This document shows positions 1 to 11,204 of a DNA stretch of 64,000 nucleotides, piece by piece. The DNA comes from Macrostomum lignano (taxonomy: Eukaryota), in NCBI GenBank assembly GCA_002269645.1, contig NIVC01000309.1, positions 62,001 through 126,000 on the forward strand, written 5' to 3'. Below the pieces are notes generated by a model, which saw nothing but the letters and a program-made list of their open reading frames with translations, was not told where the DNA came from and ran no database searches. Position 1 is the first letter of the stretch, and each line of letters starts with the position of its first letter. The position numbers were made by a program, and so were the translations under genes.

Positions 1-993
1 GCCAACTGCGCCAGACGCTGGCTGAAAGGACCAGTTGGCTCCAACTGCTACCTCTGCTGCCCTGACCCGACTCTGGGCGATCTGATCCCCGCGATGAACT
101 GCATCAAAACTGAGGTGAAGCTCAGTATAGCCGGCGCTGACAGGGCAGCCGCAACCGCGCTGCCGCGATCCTACAACTATCCCGACTTGGCCTTCGACAC
201 GCACAACGTCTTCTCGGGCGCCTTTATGGACTTCGTGCGGCAGCTAGCGATTGATTCTAGGCAGGCCCGTCTTGAACTGGACACATTTGGCGTGTTCTAC
301 AGCCGACTTCGGCTGTTGCCGGACAAACAGAACATCACCTTGACGCCAATGGATTACAGCGACTGTCTTAGACTGCGTCCGCTTTGGCGCAACATGTTTG
401 GCGTGGCGTTGCAGCAGCTGGTTATGCGCGAGGTTGTCGCGTCAGGATCCGCCCAAGGCTATTCCAAGGACTCCGAGGCGGTTTGGCGAGCTTATTTAAA
501 CGTGGCCGACATTGCTACGCGAGCGACAATTGCGTGCAACTCCATTTCAGCTAGCAAGTCACGCAGCGTTCTCGATGTCGGTGGACCGCATAGCCGCATC
601 GCGTTGGCAGTTCTGCTGCCGATTCTGTTTCTGCTGTTTCTGGCAATTTTAATCGTGATTTTATTGCGCCGCCGACGGAAGCAACAGCGACGAAGGCGTG
701 AATTTGCTATGGATCAGCCCACTGCGGATACAGTCGATGAGCAAGGTTCCGCTGTAGCTGCCATTATAAACAGAAAAATCACCGACAATAACGAGACGAA
801 CTGCGAGGAACGCGTCAGAGCAACAGCCGATAAAGATGACATCGAGGACGGCGACGATGACGCTGACTGCGGCGACACAACGTCCAGACCATCCGCTGAT
901 GGGGCTGACCTGGGGGCGGCTGCGGCAGCAGGCATCGACAGTGTGCTCCGCCGGCCTGACGGCAGTGTGATCAATGATCCTGATGAGATGTGA
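1..993 (+). CDS. 3' part of a single-pass (type I-like) membrane protein of unknown family; frame is open from base 1, so the gene starts upstream of the window
   Basis: Frame 1 has no stop from 1 to 993 (ANCARRWLKGPVGSNCYLCCPDP... then the listed 299 aa ORF). Hydrophobic helix IALAVLLPILFLLFLAILIVILL is followed by the stop-transfer cluster RRRRKQQRRRR and an acidic disordered tail. Confidence 0.7.
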   Translation, partial: ANCARRWLKGPVGSNCYLCCPDPTLGDLIPAMNCIKTEVKLSIAGADRAAATALPRSYNYPDLAFDTHNVFSGAFMDFVRQLAIDSRQARLELDTFGVFYSRLRLLPDKQNITLTPMDYSDCLRLRPLWRNMFGVALQQLVMREVVASGSAQGYSKDSEAVWRAYLNVADIATRATIACNSISASKSRSVLDVGGPHSRIALAVLLPILFLLFLAILIVILLRRRRKQQRRRREFAMDQPTADTVDEQGSAVAAIINRKITDNNETNCEERVRATADKDDIEDGDDDADCGDTTSRPSADGADLGAAAAAGIDSVLRRPDGSVINDPDEM

Positions 994-1123
994 CTTGTGG
1001 GAGTAACGAGCCTTCAGTTTTCTAGTCAGTAGCAACAATATTTACTTTTCATTTCGCATATCGTGCATAGCTCGATTAGTTCCATTTCTAATTGTGATTA
1101 TCGCCGATTCGATGTAGATATTA

Positions 1124-2043
1124 TAGGATTTTTCGTTTGATTTCATAAAATTGTCATTTGATTTCGTCCATAGAAGTTGGCAGCGCGGCCATAGAGTCTA
1201 TGGCAATAAAGTGCGCTGTTTTCCGATTGAATTCATAACTTTGCCACTTCATTTCGACTTGACGCGCGGAGTGACTCAAACACTGCCAGAGGTGGCTGGG
1301 ATATCAGTGGGTGAATATCTATGGCCAAACCTCTCATAGAAATGAAAAGCCTATATAAACGTGTCCTCTTCTTGGGCAACAGTCACCTTCCTTGTGTGCC
1401 TAAAAATGGCTGCATACGCGTCCATTGGAAACGTATAAACGCGGCCAATCGTATTCAACTGCGAACTCTGCCACCGTACTCTCCATTTCTTAACGCCGCG
1501 GAGCAGGCACACAGTTGTCTCAAGACTTCGCTTAAACGCCAGCTAGCAACACCTGAGCTTCAACAGGAACTTAGCTATCCGCCTGATGGCATCAACCTAA
1601 CGCAGTGGAGACTCATGGTTCTTTTCCGCTGCGGCTACGTTGCACTAGAGGAAATTTCCGCCGCGAAGTGCCTTGCCTGGGAACGACATGTGATGCGGTT
1701 TCTGCCCCTGTGCATCAATGAGCAGCAGATAATGTGAAATTTGTAGCTTGTTGCAGCGAACGAGCATTAACTTTGGCGGACATAACTGATTTCACTGTTG
1801 CAACTGCCTACTTCCTCATGTGACTTAAATACACAGCTTTCTGTTTTTAACAGTTCTTTTTGTACTGGACAAGCGCATCGGCTTTTCTGTTGCCTTTCTA
1901 CTGGGTATGTCGAAATGAAGTGGCAAAGTTATGAATTCAATCGGAAAACAGCGCACTTTATTGCCATAGACTCTATGGCCGCGCTGCCAACTTCTATGGA
2001 CGAAATCAAATGACAATTTTATGAAATCAAACGAAAAATCCTA
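1124..2043 (+). mobile_element. Internally deleted IS630/Tc1/mariner DNA transposon: 135-bp TIRs, TA target duplication, transposase C-terminal remnant (1321-1737)
   Basis: 1124-1258 is the reverse complement of 1909-2043 (the ORF track gives identical peptides on both strands). TA lies at 1122-1123 and 2044-2045. LRTLPPYSPFLNAAE matches the DDE_3 motif LPPYSPDLNPIE. Confidence 0.9.
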
Positions 2044-2116
2044 TATTAAATTATTGATTAGTTGTCAGTGGGTTGTAGGTCTAGCGGCACTTAAGATTAA
2101 GAATGCTCATTCCGTT

Positions 2117-3150
2117 GATGCCACTGATGCCAGATTCCCCATCCAGGAATCCTGATGATGCCAGATCCCAATCCACTAATCCTTACGATGCCAGATCCCA
2201 ATCAAGGAATCCTAATGATGCCAGATTCCCCATCCAGGAATCCTGATGATGCCAGATTCCCCATCCAGGAATCCTAATGATACCAGATTCCCCATCCAGG
2301 AATCCTGATGATGCCAGATCTCCCATCAAGGAATCCTGATGATGCCAGATCCCAATCCACTAATCCTGATGATGCCGGATTCCCAATCAAGGATTCCTGA
2401 TGATGCCAGATGCCAATCCACTAATCCTGATGATGCCAGATCCCAATCCACTAATCCTGATGATGCCAGATCTCAATCAAGGAATCCTGATGATGCCAGA
2501 TCCCAATCAAGGAATCCTGATGATGCCAGATCCTGATTCAGGAATCCTGACGATGCCAGATCCCAATCAAGGAATCCTAATGATGCCAGATCCCGATCAA
2601 GTAATCCTGATGATGCCAGATCCCAATCAAGTAATCCTGATGATGCCAGATCCCGATCAAGTAATCCTGATGATGCCAGATCCCGATCAAGTAATCCTGA
2701 TGATGCCAGATCCCAATCCACTAATCCTGATAACACCAGATCCAAATCCAAGAATCCTGATAACACCAGATCCAAATCCAAGAATCCTGATAACACCAGA
2801 TCCAAATCCAAGAATCCTGATAACACCAGATCCAAATCCAAGAATCCTGATAACACCAGATCCAAATCCAAGAATCCTGATAACACCAGATCCAAATCCA
2901 AGTATCCTGATAACACCAGATCCAAATCCAAGTATCCTGATAACACCAGATCCAAATCCAAGAATCCTGATAACACCAGATCCAAATCAAAGAATCCTGA
3001 CAACACCAGATCCAAATCCAAGAATCCTGATAACACCAGATCCAAATCAAAGAATCCTGACAACACCAGATCCAAATCCAAGAATCCTGATAACACCAGA
3101 TCCAAATCAAAGAATCCTGACAACACCAGATCCAAATCAAGGAACCCTGA
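2117..3150. repeat. 30-bp minisatellite with two sub-types (GATGATGCCAGATCCC... then GATAACACCAGATCCAAATCCAAGAATCCT)
   Basis: Visible periodicity; the ORFs are 10-aa repeats (spurious). Confidence 0.95.
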
Positions 3151-3904
3151 CAATGCGGATCCTGATCCCAATTCTCTATTTAACCATACGTATACCGCAT
3201 CTTTAAATTAGGGTGCTAGTTTGCGTCAGGCAACATTGACTTTCTACACCGACAGTCAGATAAATTTCATTTGAACTATTTTCATTTGAAATAGATTTTT
3301 CCAATAATAACTTCGCTTATAATCAATAATACTATCAGTACTAAACTAGAGTTTTGGACTCTAAAAAACGACGAAGACTTGAAATTTCTATTGAAAAATT
3401 AAACGCAAGATGCGATCACATAAGTAAGGCGCGCCTCAAGCGAGCGTGTATATTAGTTAAAAAACGAATATATTATAACAAATACTAATATTAATAATTT
3501 TTAAACATCAAAGCGGCAAGGTAAAACGAGTGAGCCAGCATAATTTTCGGAATGTTGAAACAGCGAATAAAATAATAATAAACTTACTTTCAGCTGAATG
3601 GCTCAAGTATTATGTAAATATTATATGAATAAGATGCTTTAGAAGACTAGGGTGAAACCATAAATGAACAGACTAGGGTGACGCAAGCATGATTGCTTAT
3701 TAAAACTACTACTAGTACTATCTTTAGCACAAAAATTAAAACACAATTTAAGAGCAACACGATAATCGCTACAATATTAACACAAATAATAAGGTAGACT
3801 TTGCCGTGTGAGTGTGAATCGAAAACCAATAAAAAATGAAAACAATACAATACTACTAATAGCAGACAGATATTCACTCAGCCAACAGCTTTCTAAAGCT
3901 TTTT

Positions 3905-4695
3905 GATGCTAATCGTTTGGCTGTTGAATTAGCTAATCATTTGGCTGTTCACTTAGCTAATCATTTGGCTGTTGAATTAGCTAATCATTTGGCTGCTCAA
4001 TAAGCTAATCATTTGGCTGTTCACTTAGCTAATCATTTGGCTGTTCACTTAGCTAATCATTTGGCTGTTCACTTAGCTAATCATTTGGCTGTTCACTTAG
4101 CTAATCATTTGGCTGTTCACTTAGCTAATCATTTGGCTGTTCACTTAGCTAATCATTTGGCTGTTCACTTAGCTAATCATTTGGCTGTTCACTTAGCTTT
4201 GGCTGTTGAATTAGCTAATCATTTGGCTGTTCACTTAGCTAATCATTTGGCTGTTCACTTAGCTAATCATTTGGCTGTTCACTTAGCTAATCATTTGGCT
4301 GTTGAATTAGCTAATCATTTGGCTGTTCACTTAGCTAATAATTTGGCTGTTCACTTAGCTAATCATTTGGCTGTTCACTTAGCTAATCATTTGGCTGTTG
4401 AATTAGCTAATCATTTGGCTGTTGAATTAGCTAATCTTTTGACTGTTGAATTAGCTAATCATTTGGCTGTTCACTTAGCTAATCATTTGGCTGTTCACTT
4501 AGCTAATCATTTGGCTGTTGAATTAGCTAATCATTTGGCTGTTGAATTAGCTAATCATTTGGCTGTTCACTTAGCTAATCATTTGGCTGTTGAATTAGCT
4601 AATCATTTGGCTGTTGAATTAGCTAATCATTTGGCTGTTCACTTAGCTAATCATTTGGCTGTTCACTTAGCTAATCATTTGGCTGTTGAATTATT
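3905..4695. repeat. 24-bp minisatellite (GCTAATCATTTGGCTGTTCACTTA)
   Basis: Visible periodicity; ORF is an 8-aa repeat LANHLAVH. Confidence 0.95.
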
Positions 4696-5337
4696 GAGCT
4701 ATTAATTACTAATCACGCTGTGAATTTGGTGGAAGCTTAAGTGAGTGAGTGCTTTAGGAAGACAAAGAAAAAGGAATATAATTGGAATTAAAAACTGCGT
4801 GCAATAGCACAATATAGTTAGATAATATATACCATAGCTAGATCTACAATAGACTAGCAAAGTTCTGGCACAAGTACAACAATAAGTACGAATAGATTCC
4901 GTGAATAGTAAATCTATCCGAAACAGGGAAAAAATAGCTCAAGTGTTTTAAATATCTGCTTCACAAGACACACAGAATGCAATAAGAACTCAGTGAACAA
5001 AAATCTACGCAAAGTAAACTCGTTGGAACCTGGAAGTGACATAAAAGTAAATACTATATACTAAGGTGTATAAAAAAGCAATTGACGGTGATGCAAACAA
5101 AAGCAATGCAGCAAGGTAAAAAAGGCTGAAGTGTGAAGACTGCAGACAAAGTGTGCAGCATTACAACACAGCCGAATCTGAAGTACGTAATTGCAGGAAA
5201 TCAAGGCCTGTCGAAAAACAACTGCTTTACAACGTAGAATTAAACCAAAAAATATATACGACAAAAAAGAAATTTCCGAATATATTTAACATGAGACAAA
5301 CCGTTGCGAGGAAACACTTGCACTGACACATGCACTC

Positions 5338-6485
5338 CTGAGAATCTCACCCCACTTATGTAGTAGTCTAGGTGAGAATCTCACCCCACTTATGTAGTAG
5401 TCTAGGTGAGAATCTCACCCCACTTATGTAGTAGTCTAGGTGAGAATCTCACCCCACTTATGTAGTAGTCTTAGTAAGAATCTCACCCATTGATGTAGTA
5501 GTCTAGGTGAGAATCTCACCCCATTGATGTAGTAGTCTAGATGAGAATCTCACCCCACTTATGTAGTAGTCTAGGTGAGAATCTCACCCCACTTATGTAG
5601 TAGTCTAGGTGAGAATCTCACCCCACTTATGTAGTAGTCTAAATGAGAATCTCACCCCACTTATGTACTAGTCTAGGTGAGAATCTCACCCCACTTATGT
5701 ACTAGTCTAGGTGAGAATCTCACCCCATTGATGTAGTCTATAGGTGAGAATCTCACCCCATTGATGTAGTCTATAGGTGAGAACCTCACCCCATTGATGT
5801 AGTAGTCTAGGTGAGAATCTCACCCCATTGATGTAGTCTATAGGTGAGAACCTCACCCCATTGATGTAGTAGTCTAGGTGAGAATCTCACCCCATTGATG
5901 TAGTAGTCTAGGTGAGAATCTCACCCCACTTATGTAGTAGTCTAGGTGAGAATCTCACCCCACTTATGTACTAGTCTAGGTGAGAATCTCACCCCATTGA
6001 TGTAGTAGTCTAGGTGAGAATCTCACCCCACTTATGTACTAGTCTAGGTGAGAATCTCACCCCATTGATGTAGTCTATAAGTGAGAATCTCACCCCATTG
6101 ATGTAGTCTATAGGTGAGAACCTCACCCCATTGATGTAGTAGTCTAGGTGAGAATCTCACCCCATTGATGTAGTCTATAGGTGAGAACCTCACCCCATTG
6201 ATGTAGTAGTCTAGGTGAGAATCTCACCCCATTGATGTAGTCTTAGTAAGAATCTCACCCCATTGATGTAGTAGTCTAGGTGAGAATCTCACCCCATTGA
6301 TGTAGTCTTAGTAAGAATCTCACCCCATTGATTTAGTCTAGGTGAGAATCTCACCCTATTAACGTACTCTAGGTGAGAATCTGACCCCATTGATGTAGTC
6401 TATAGGTGAGAATCTCACCCCATCGATGTAGTCTAGGTGAGACTCTCAACACATTGATGCAGTCTAGGTGAGAATCTCACCCTCA
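5338..6485. repeat. ~35-bp minisatellite (GAGAATCTCACCCCACTTATGTAGTAGTCTAGGT and variants)
   Basis: Visible periodicity. Confidence 0.95.
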
Positions 6486-6600
6486 ATGTTTAGCACTATT
6501 AAGAAACTCAACGATCTCCCAAAAAATTGCACTCTGAGATAAATTTAAAACAGTAAGATAGCCGGCACACACGGGCTACACAGCTATAGCCATACGATGG

Positions 6601-9592
6601 TCAGAATAGCAAATCTGCCGAGTTGGCAGCCGACCAGGCCTCAGACGGGTCGGAGGCAAGCAGGCTGTCATTCGATTTTTTATCGGCAAGCGGGGGACCA
6701 GCTGAAGCGGCTGTAGCGGGCGAAGCTGCGCCAATGTTTGCGCCCCAGACAAATTCGTCGGCATTGTTGATTAAGCTTGTTTGATAGTTTGCCATGGATG
6801 CTAACGGACTGCTCAATGGTACAGCTTCCGGCATCTGATTTGGCTGCTGCAGAGCCTGCTGTCGATGCTCAAGTATGCTCTGGTCGCTTTGGTAGACGAA
6901 AGTCTGCTCAAGAGACGCCTCGCTAGCGAAAGCCAACTGTGGGAAAATTATTATTATTATTATGCAACGAGACGATGTACTTTAAAAAAGTACAAAAAAT
7001 TGGCAAGAGTGCATTAAGCAAACCAATTGGAATATCAACTTTTTTAGCAAAGTAAACTTATTTGTGTAGCACTTGTCTTTAAGCTAAGCTGAGTTCGTTT
7101 GGTTAGTATGCGTCTGGATAGGCCTATGTCACCTCAGACAGTTATCGTGAGCAAATATGGCGAATATAAAGGTTCACCCTGCTGTGATTGAGCAGCAGCT
7201 CTGGGCTTGACAATGTCAAAAGTCCTTAGTTAAGTATTAAGTCAAAAGATTTAATAATTTGATGGCTTTAACACCTCACCTTCTTTCGTCTAACCTCAGC
7301 GCCAGTTACTTTAGAATGCTCCGTTGGCGTTTCTGCTTTCGCTTCGGCCAATAGACGCTTAGCCTCTTCGGCGAGCTGAGGATCTGCTCGACTATCCAAA
7401 TGGCTGTGAGCCTCTGCGCTTCGAATATGATCCCAAACTGTGCTCTGGGCAAGCCAGCTGTGCTCATCAGCGGATTCGCTGTCAAATTTATTCCCTAAAG
7501 AGAATAGTTGCGGCTTGTTTACTGGCGACTTAACGCACTGGCCAACTCGGACAGGCGTTACACCATCGGGTATGCCTAGCTTAACAGCTGCTTCATCCGT
7601 TGATTCAGCAAAAAAGTACCAAGACTTGCCAGCCTTTCTAATACTGGCTAACTCAGTTGAGCTTAGGGGTACTCGACGAGCCCTGCTGGTACTGTCGACT
7701 TTTGCTACTCCAGCATTACGCTGGGTAGTATCTACGCTGCTCTGTCTTTTAGACGAACTTTTAGGCGCTGTGGCATTGATAATAGGTGGAGTTTTATTGT
7801 TTTTTTGTTGTTGAACTACCTCAATGCTACTCGGTCTCATGCCTATGCCTTTATGTACTGCGGCATCCGCTGGAAAACTTTGCTTTTCTTCGCGTTGGAC
7901 AACTACTACGCTGCTTGGTCTCTCGTGAGCGTTATTAGAAGCCGGGCTAGCGGCCGTCGGTTGCCTCTGAAGAGCAATGGACGACCAAGTCTTAAACTGG
8001 CCGCTACTGCCGCTGTCTTGATTAAGGCGAGATCTGGACAGCTGACTGGCAGCGGGTTTGACTGAAGCTAACGAGCCAGACTGACGAATAGACTCTGGTC
8101 TTTTTCTCACAGGCCTAACCTGATCTTCGAACTGATATCTGCCATTGTTCTTTGTTTTAACAGGTTCAGTATTAATAATGCTTGCTGAGCTTCTTTGCGA
8201 AACTTTGCCGTCACTCGAGTCAGAGGAAACAAAACGAATTGACGAAGACTGCCGCCTTGGATCGCTTTTCATTTCGTCTTTGATGACAGAAGCGGATACA
8301 GAGGAAACCGAAGTGGCTCTCTTCGTGTACTCTGACTTTTGAGCACTGAAATTATGCCCGGCAGGCACCGAGTGTCTTACTGAATCTTTAGGACGAATGG
8401 AGTTGATCTGCTGTGTTTTTGAAACACTGGATCGATCAGATTTGTCAGCATAGTCGCGCCTAATGGCAGTTATACCTTTCTTGATGGAATCATCCCTGGA
8501 CAAGTTAGAAGTAGCATTGCTGCTAAGCACTGACGGCTTCATTAAGTTTCTTAATGAGTCAGGAAAAGCGCCACTAGAGGAACTTTCCATCTGTCGTACA
8601 GGATCCTTGACTCCAGCTTGACTGACAGACTTTGATAATTGGCTGCTTCGATTTTCGGATGTCTGAGAACTGCCACTAGCAACATAAATCGACTGTCCGA
8701 TTGTTTCTTTGGCTTGATCGAGACTTCGGGTGTCATTTGGCCCTGAATCGTTTCTTGGACTATGCGTTGCTAATTTCTTTGATTCTTCAGGGCTAGCAGT
8801 AGCTTGACTAACAATTGTAGGCTTAGCGGAACCAGTTGAATGACTAAATGAAGCTTTAGCCTGCTGCAATATTGACGGCGTAGTCGATGTCTTATTTGCG
8901 CGAATGATAGTTGGTTCGTTGCGTTGCATTATTTTTAAATCGCTCTTATTACTATTGAGATGACCTCCATCTTTATTATCTGCTACTTTCTGGTGCTCGG
9001 TCGGATTGGCTTCAAAAATTGATCGTACATTCTGTACTATGTTTTTAATTGGAAGCGACACATCACTGGGTATTGGCACGAAACTCTCAGTTTGGTTAGC
9101 TTTCTTATTAGTCGCAGCTTCACTGCTCTTTGAAGCAGCGGGTGTTGTGGATATTACTGACTGTGCTGGCTGCTGAACAGGTGTGATATCTGTCTGTTTC
9201 GATTGATTTTTTGTTACTACAAGATTATGCTGCTTTTTCTGCTTGACAAATACGACAGACTGCTGTTTGGCGGCCCCAGTTTGAGCAGGTGCAGAGGACA
9301 TTGGCGGTAGTGCAGCGGTGCCATTCTGTGAACCACAGCCAGCACCGCTCGCCTGCCCGAATCGGTTAAGCAACTGGCTGACAAATCCAGGCTGGAATGG
9401 CAACTCCGTGTCCGACTGTATGCTGTAGCTCTGGCCGCCTGCCCATGGCTGACGTTCGAGCTCTTTGGATCGTTGCAGTTGGACTTCCAGCAGCACGCGA
9501 TCGATGGCCGACTGTGGGGGCGCGGTGTGACTAGCCGAGTCCATCTGGTGGAATGCTATAGAGCGTTGATCAGGTAAGCAGTCAGCCAGCAG
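6601..9592 (-). CDS. Last two exons of an uncharacterised Ser/Lys/Gln-rich, largely disordered protein: join(9592..7280, 6936..6601); upstream exons not identified
   Basis: 781-aa ORF entered by an acceptor (ttctgcag, 9593). Donor AAG|gtgagg at 7280/7279 joins in phase 0 to acceptor ttttcccacag|TTG at 6936. Stop TGA at 6601. Confidence 0.75.
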
Positions 9593-10838
9593 CTGCAGAA
9601 TATGTGGAGACAAAAAACTACTTACATAAACTAATAAAAATCATTTGTCTCACTTACAACCCTAAACAAAAATACTATTTGGAGACTAAGGATTGCAACA
9701 ACTTCAATATGAAATTGATTAAAGAACCATTAACATTACTGCACCTTACTATAAATGATCCTAGTTTATCACAACATAGCAACAAGTTGACTTAGTTTGC
9801 ATGGGTGTGTGCACCTGAGCAAACTGGCTTTAGTGATCAGTCAAGGTGCATTCTCTTTCCTCACATTATGAGGCAATCTACTTTGCTCATAAAATTGCTT
9901 GTGCTCATTCTTTGCAAGATGGGCATGTTAATTTGAAGCAGTGCCATGGTAGGCCTAACCTAGCCACAGTGATTCAAGGTAAGCATTACTGCCTTCTTAG
10001 CACCAATTTTGTTGTTTATTGATTTATTATCCTAAATTTGGATCCTGAATGCCAAATTGGCAAACACTTTTCAAGCTAGGAGGCATTTATTTTAAATCTA
10101 CCTATACTAAATATCTTAAGTTCTATTCTATCTATGCAGCATTAGCTGCCCATGGTTGCCAGGGGTTAGCAAAATGGGCAGCAATACCTCCTCGCTGTTT
10201 CCAGACACATAGAGCCCCTACAGCTAAGCCATTAAGTCATGTATTGTATTTTCTAAAATTTATATTTTATTTAAAGTATTATTTCAAAACAATTTTAATA
10301 TCTATTCTAGAATCAAGACAGACAAGAGTGATTAATAACTCACCTATGCTTAATAGACTGGCATAACTAGGTTATACTTCAGGCTTTTTAAAAAATAATC
10401 AAATATGCATACAAAATTAGATATAGATATTTAAGCCTTAGGGGGAGATAGATGCTATAATAGAATTATATTACATTAAGAACATTCCCTTTGGCTTGGC
10501 CTAGCTTTTATTATAGCCTGACTAATATATATTTATCCACTGAATAAAGCAAGTAACCTAGCACAAAATGAATACCTTATAGGATATTTATTCTAACTTT
10601 TTGTATAGTATTATCACTAGCAATGGTGTCTTATTAAACAAAAAATTAATATTACAATAGCTGGGCTTCTTGAAGTTTATGTTGATAAAATACTTCCGAT
10701 TTTCCAATTTTTCTGAAACTTGTGGTGGACACTTATGGGACACCAAAAATCTCAAAAATGCAAATAAAACAGCAGAAAGTTACCTATATGGTTGACGCAA
10801 TCACAATTTACTCAATTTCTTATTCTCTTAATGAGGTT

Positions 10839-11204
10839 CTAAAACCCCCCATTCCCCCTGCCCCAGTGGTTGGTTTTAAGCTACAACCCCCTCCACCTAT
10901 TAGGATTGAAATAAATCAACACAATCTTCAATAGGTCTCCATGCCTTTATTGAAGTTTATGTTGATAAAATCAATCCTTATGACGAATCTCCCCACCCTA
11001 AAACCCTTCATTCCCCATGCCCCAGTGGTTGGCTTTAAGCTACAACCCCCCCCCACTTATTAGGATTGGAATAAATCAACACAATCTTCAATAGGTCTCC
11101 ATGCCTCTATTGAAGTTTATGTTGATAAAATCAATCCTCATAAAGAATCTCCCCACCCTAAAACCCCCTATTCCCCATGCCCTGGTGGTTGGCTTTAAGC
11201 TACA
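10839..11204. repeat. ~160-bp direct tandem repeat, about 2.3 copies
   Basis: CTAAAACCC...CCAGTGGTTGG..TTAAGCTACA recurs at ~10839, 10998 and 11158. Confidence 0.85.

Noticed and set aside
3420-3460. Helitron-like 3' hairpin
   Set aside because: Weak hairpin ending ATTAG, not CTRR; no 5' end identified.
2339-4705. Long repetitive ORFs (MMPDPN..., LANHLAVH...)
   Set aside because: Open frames produced by 30- and 24-bp minisatellites on both strands; no splice or homology support.
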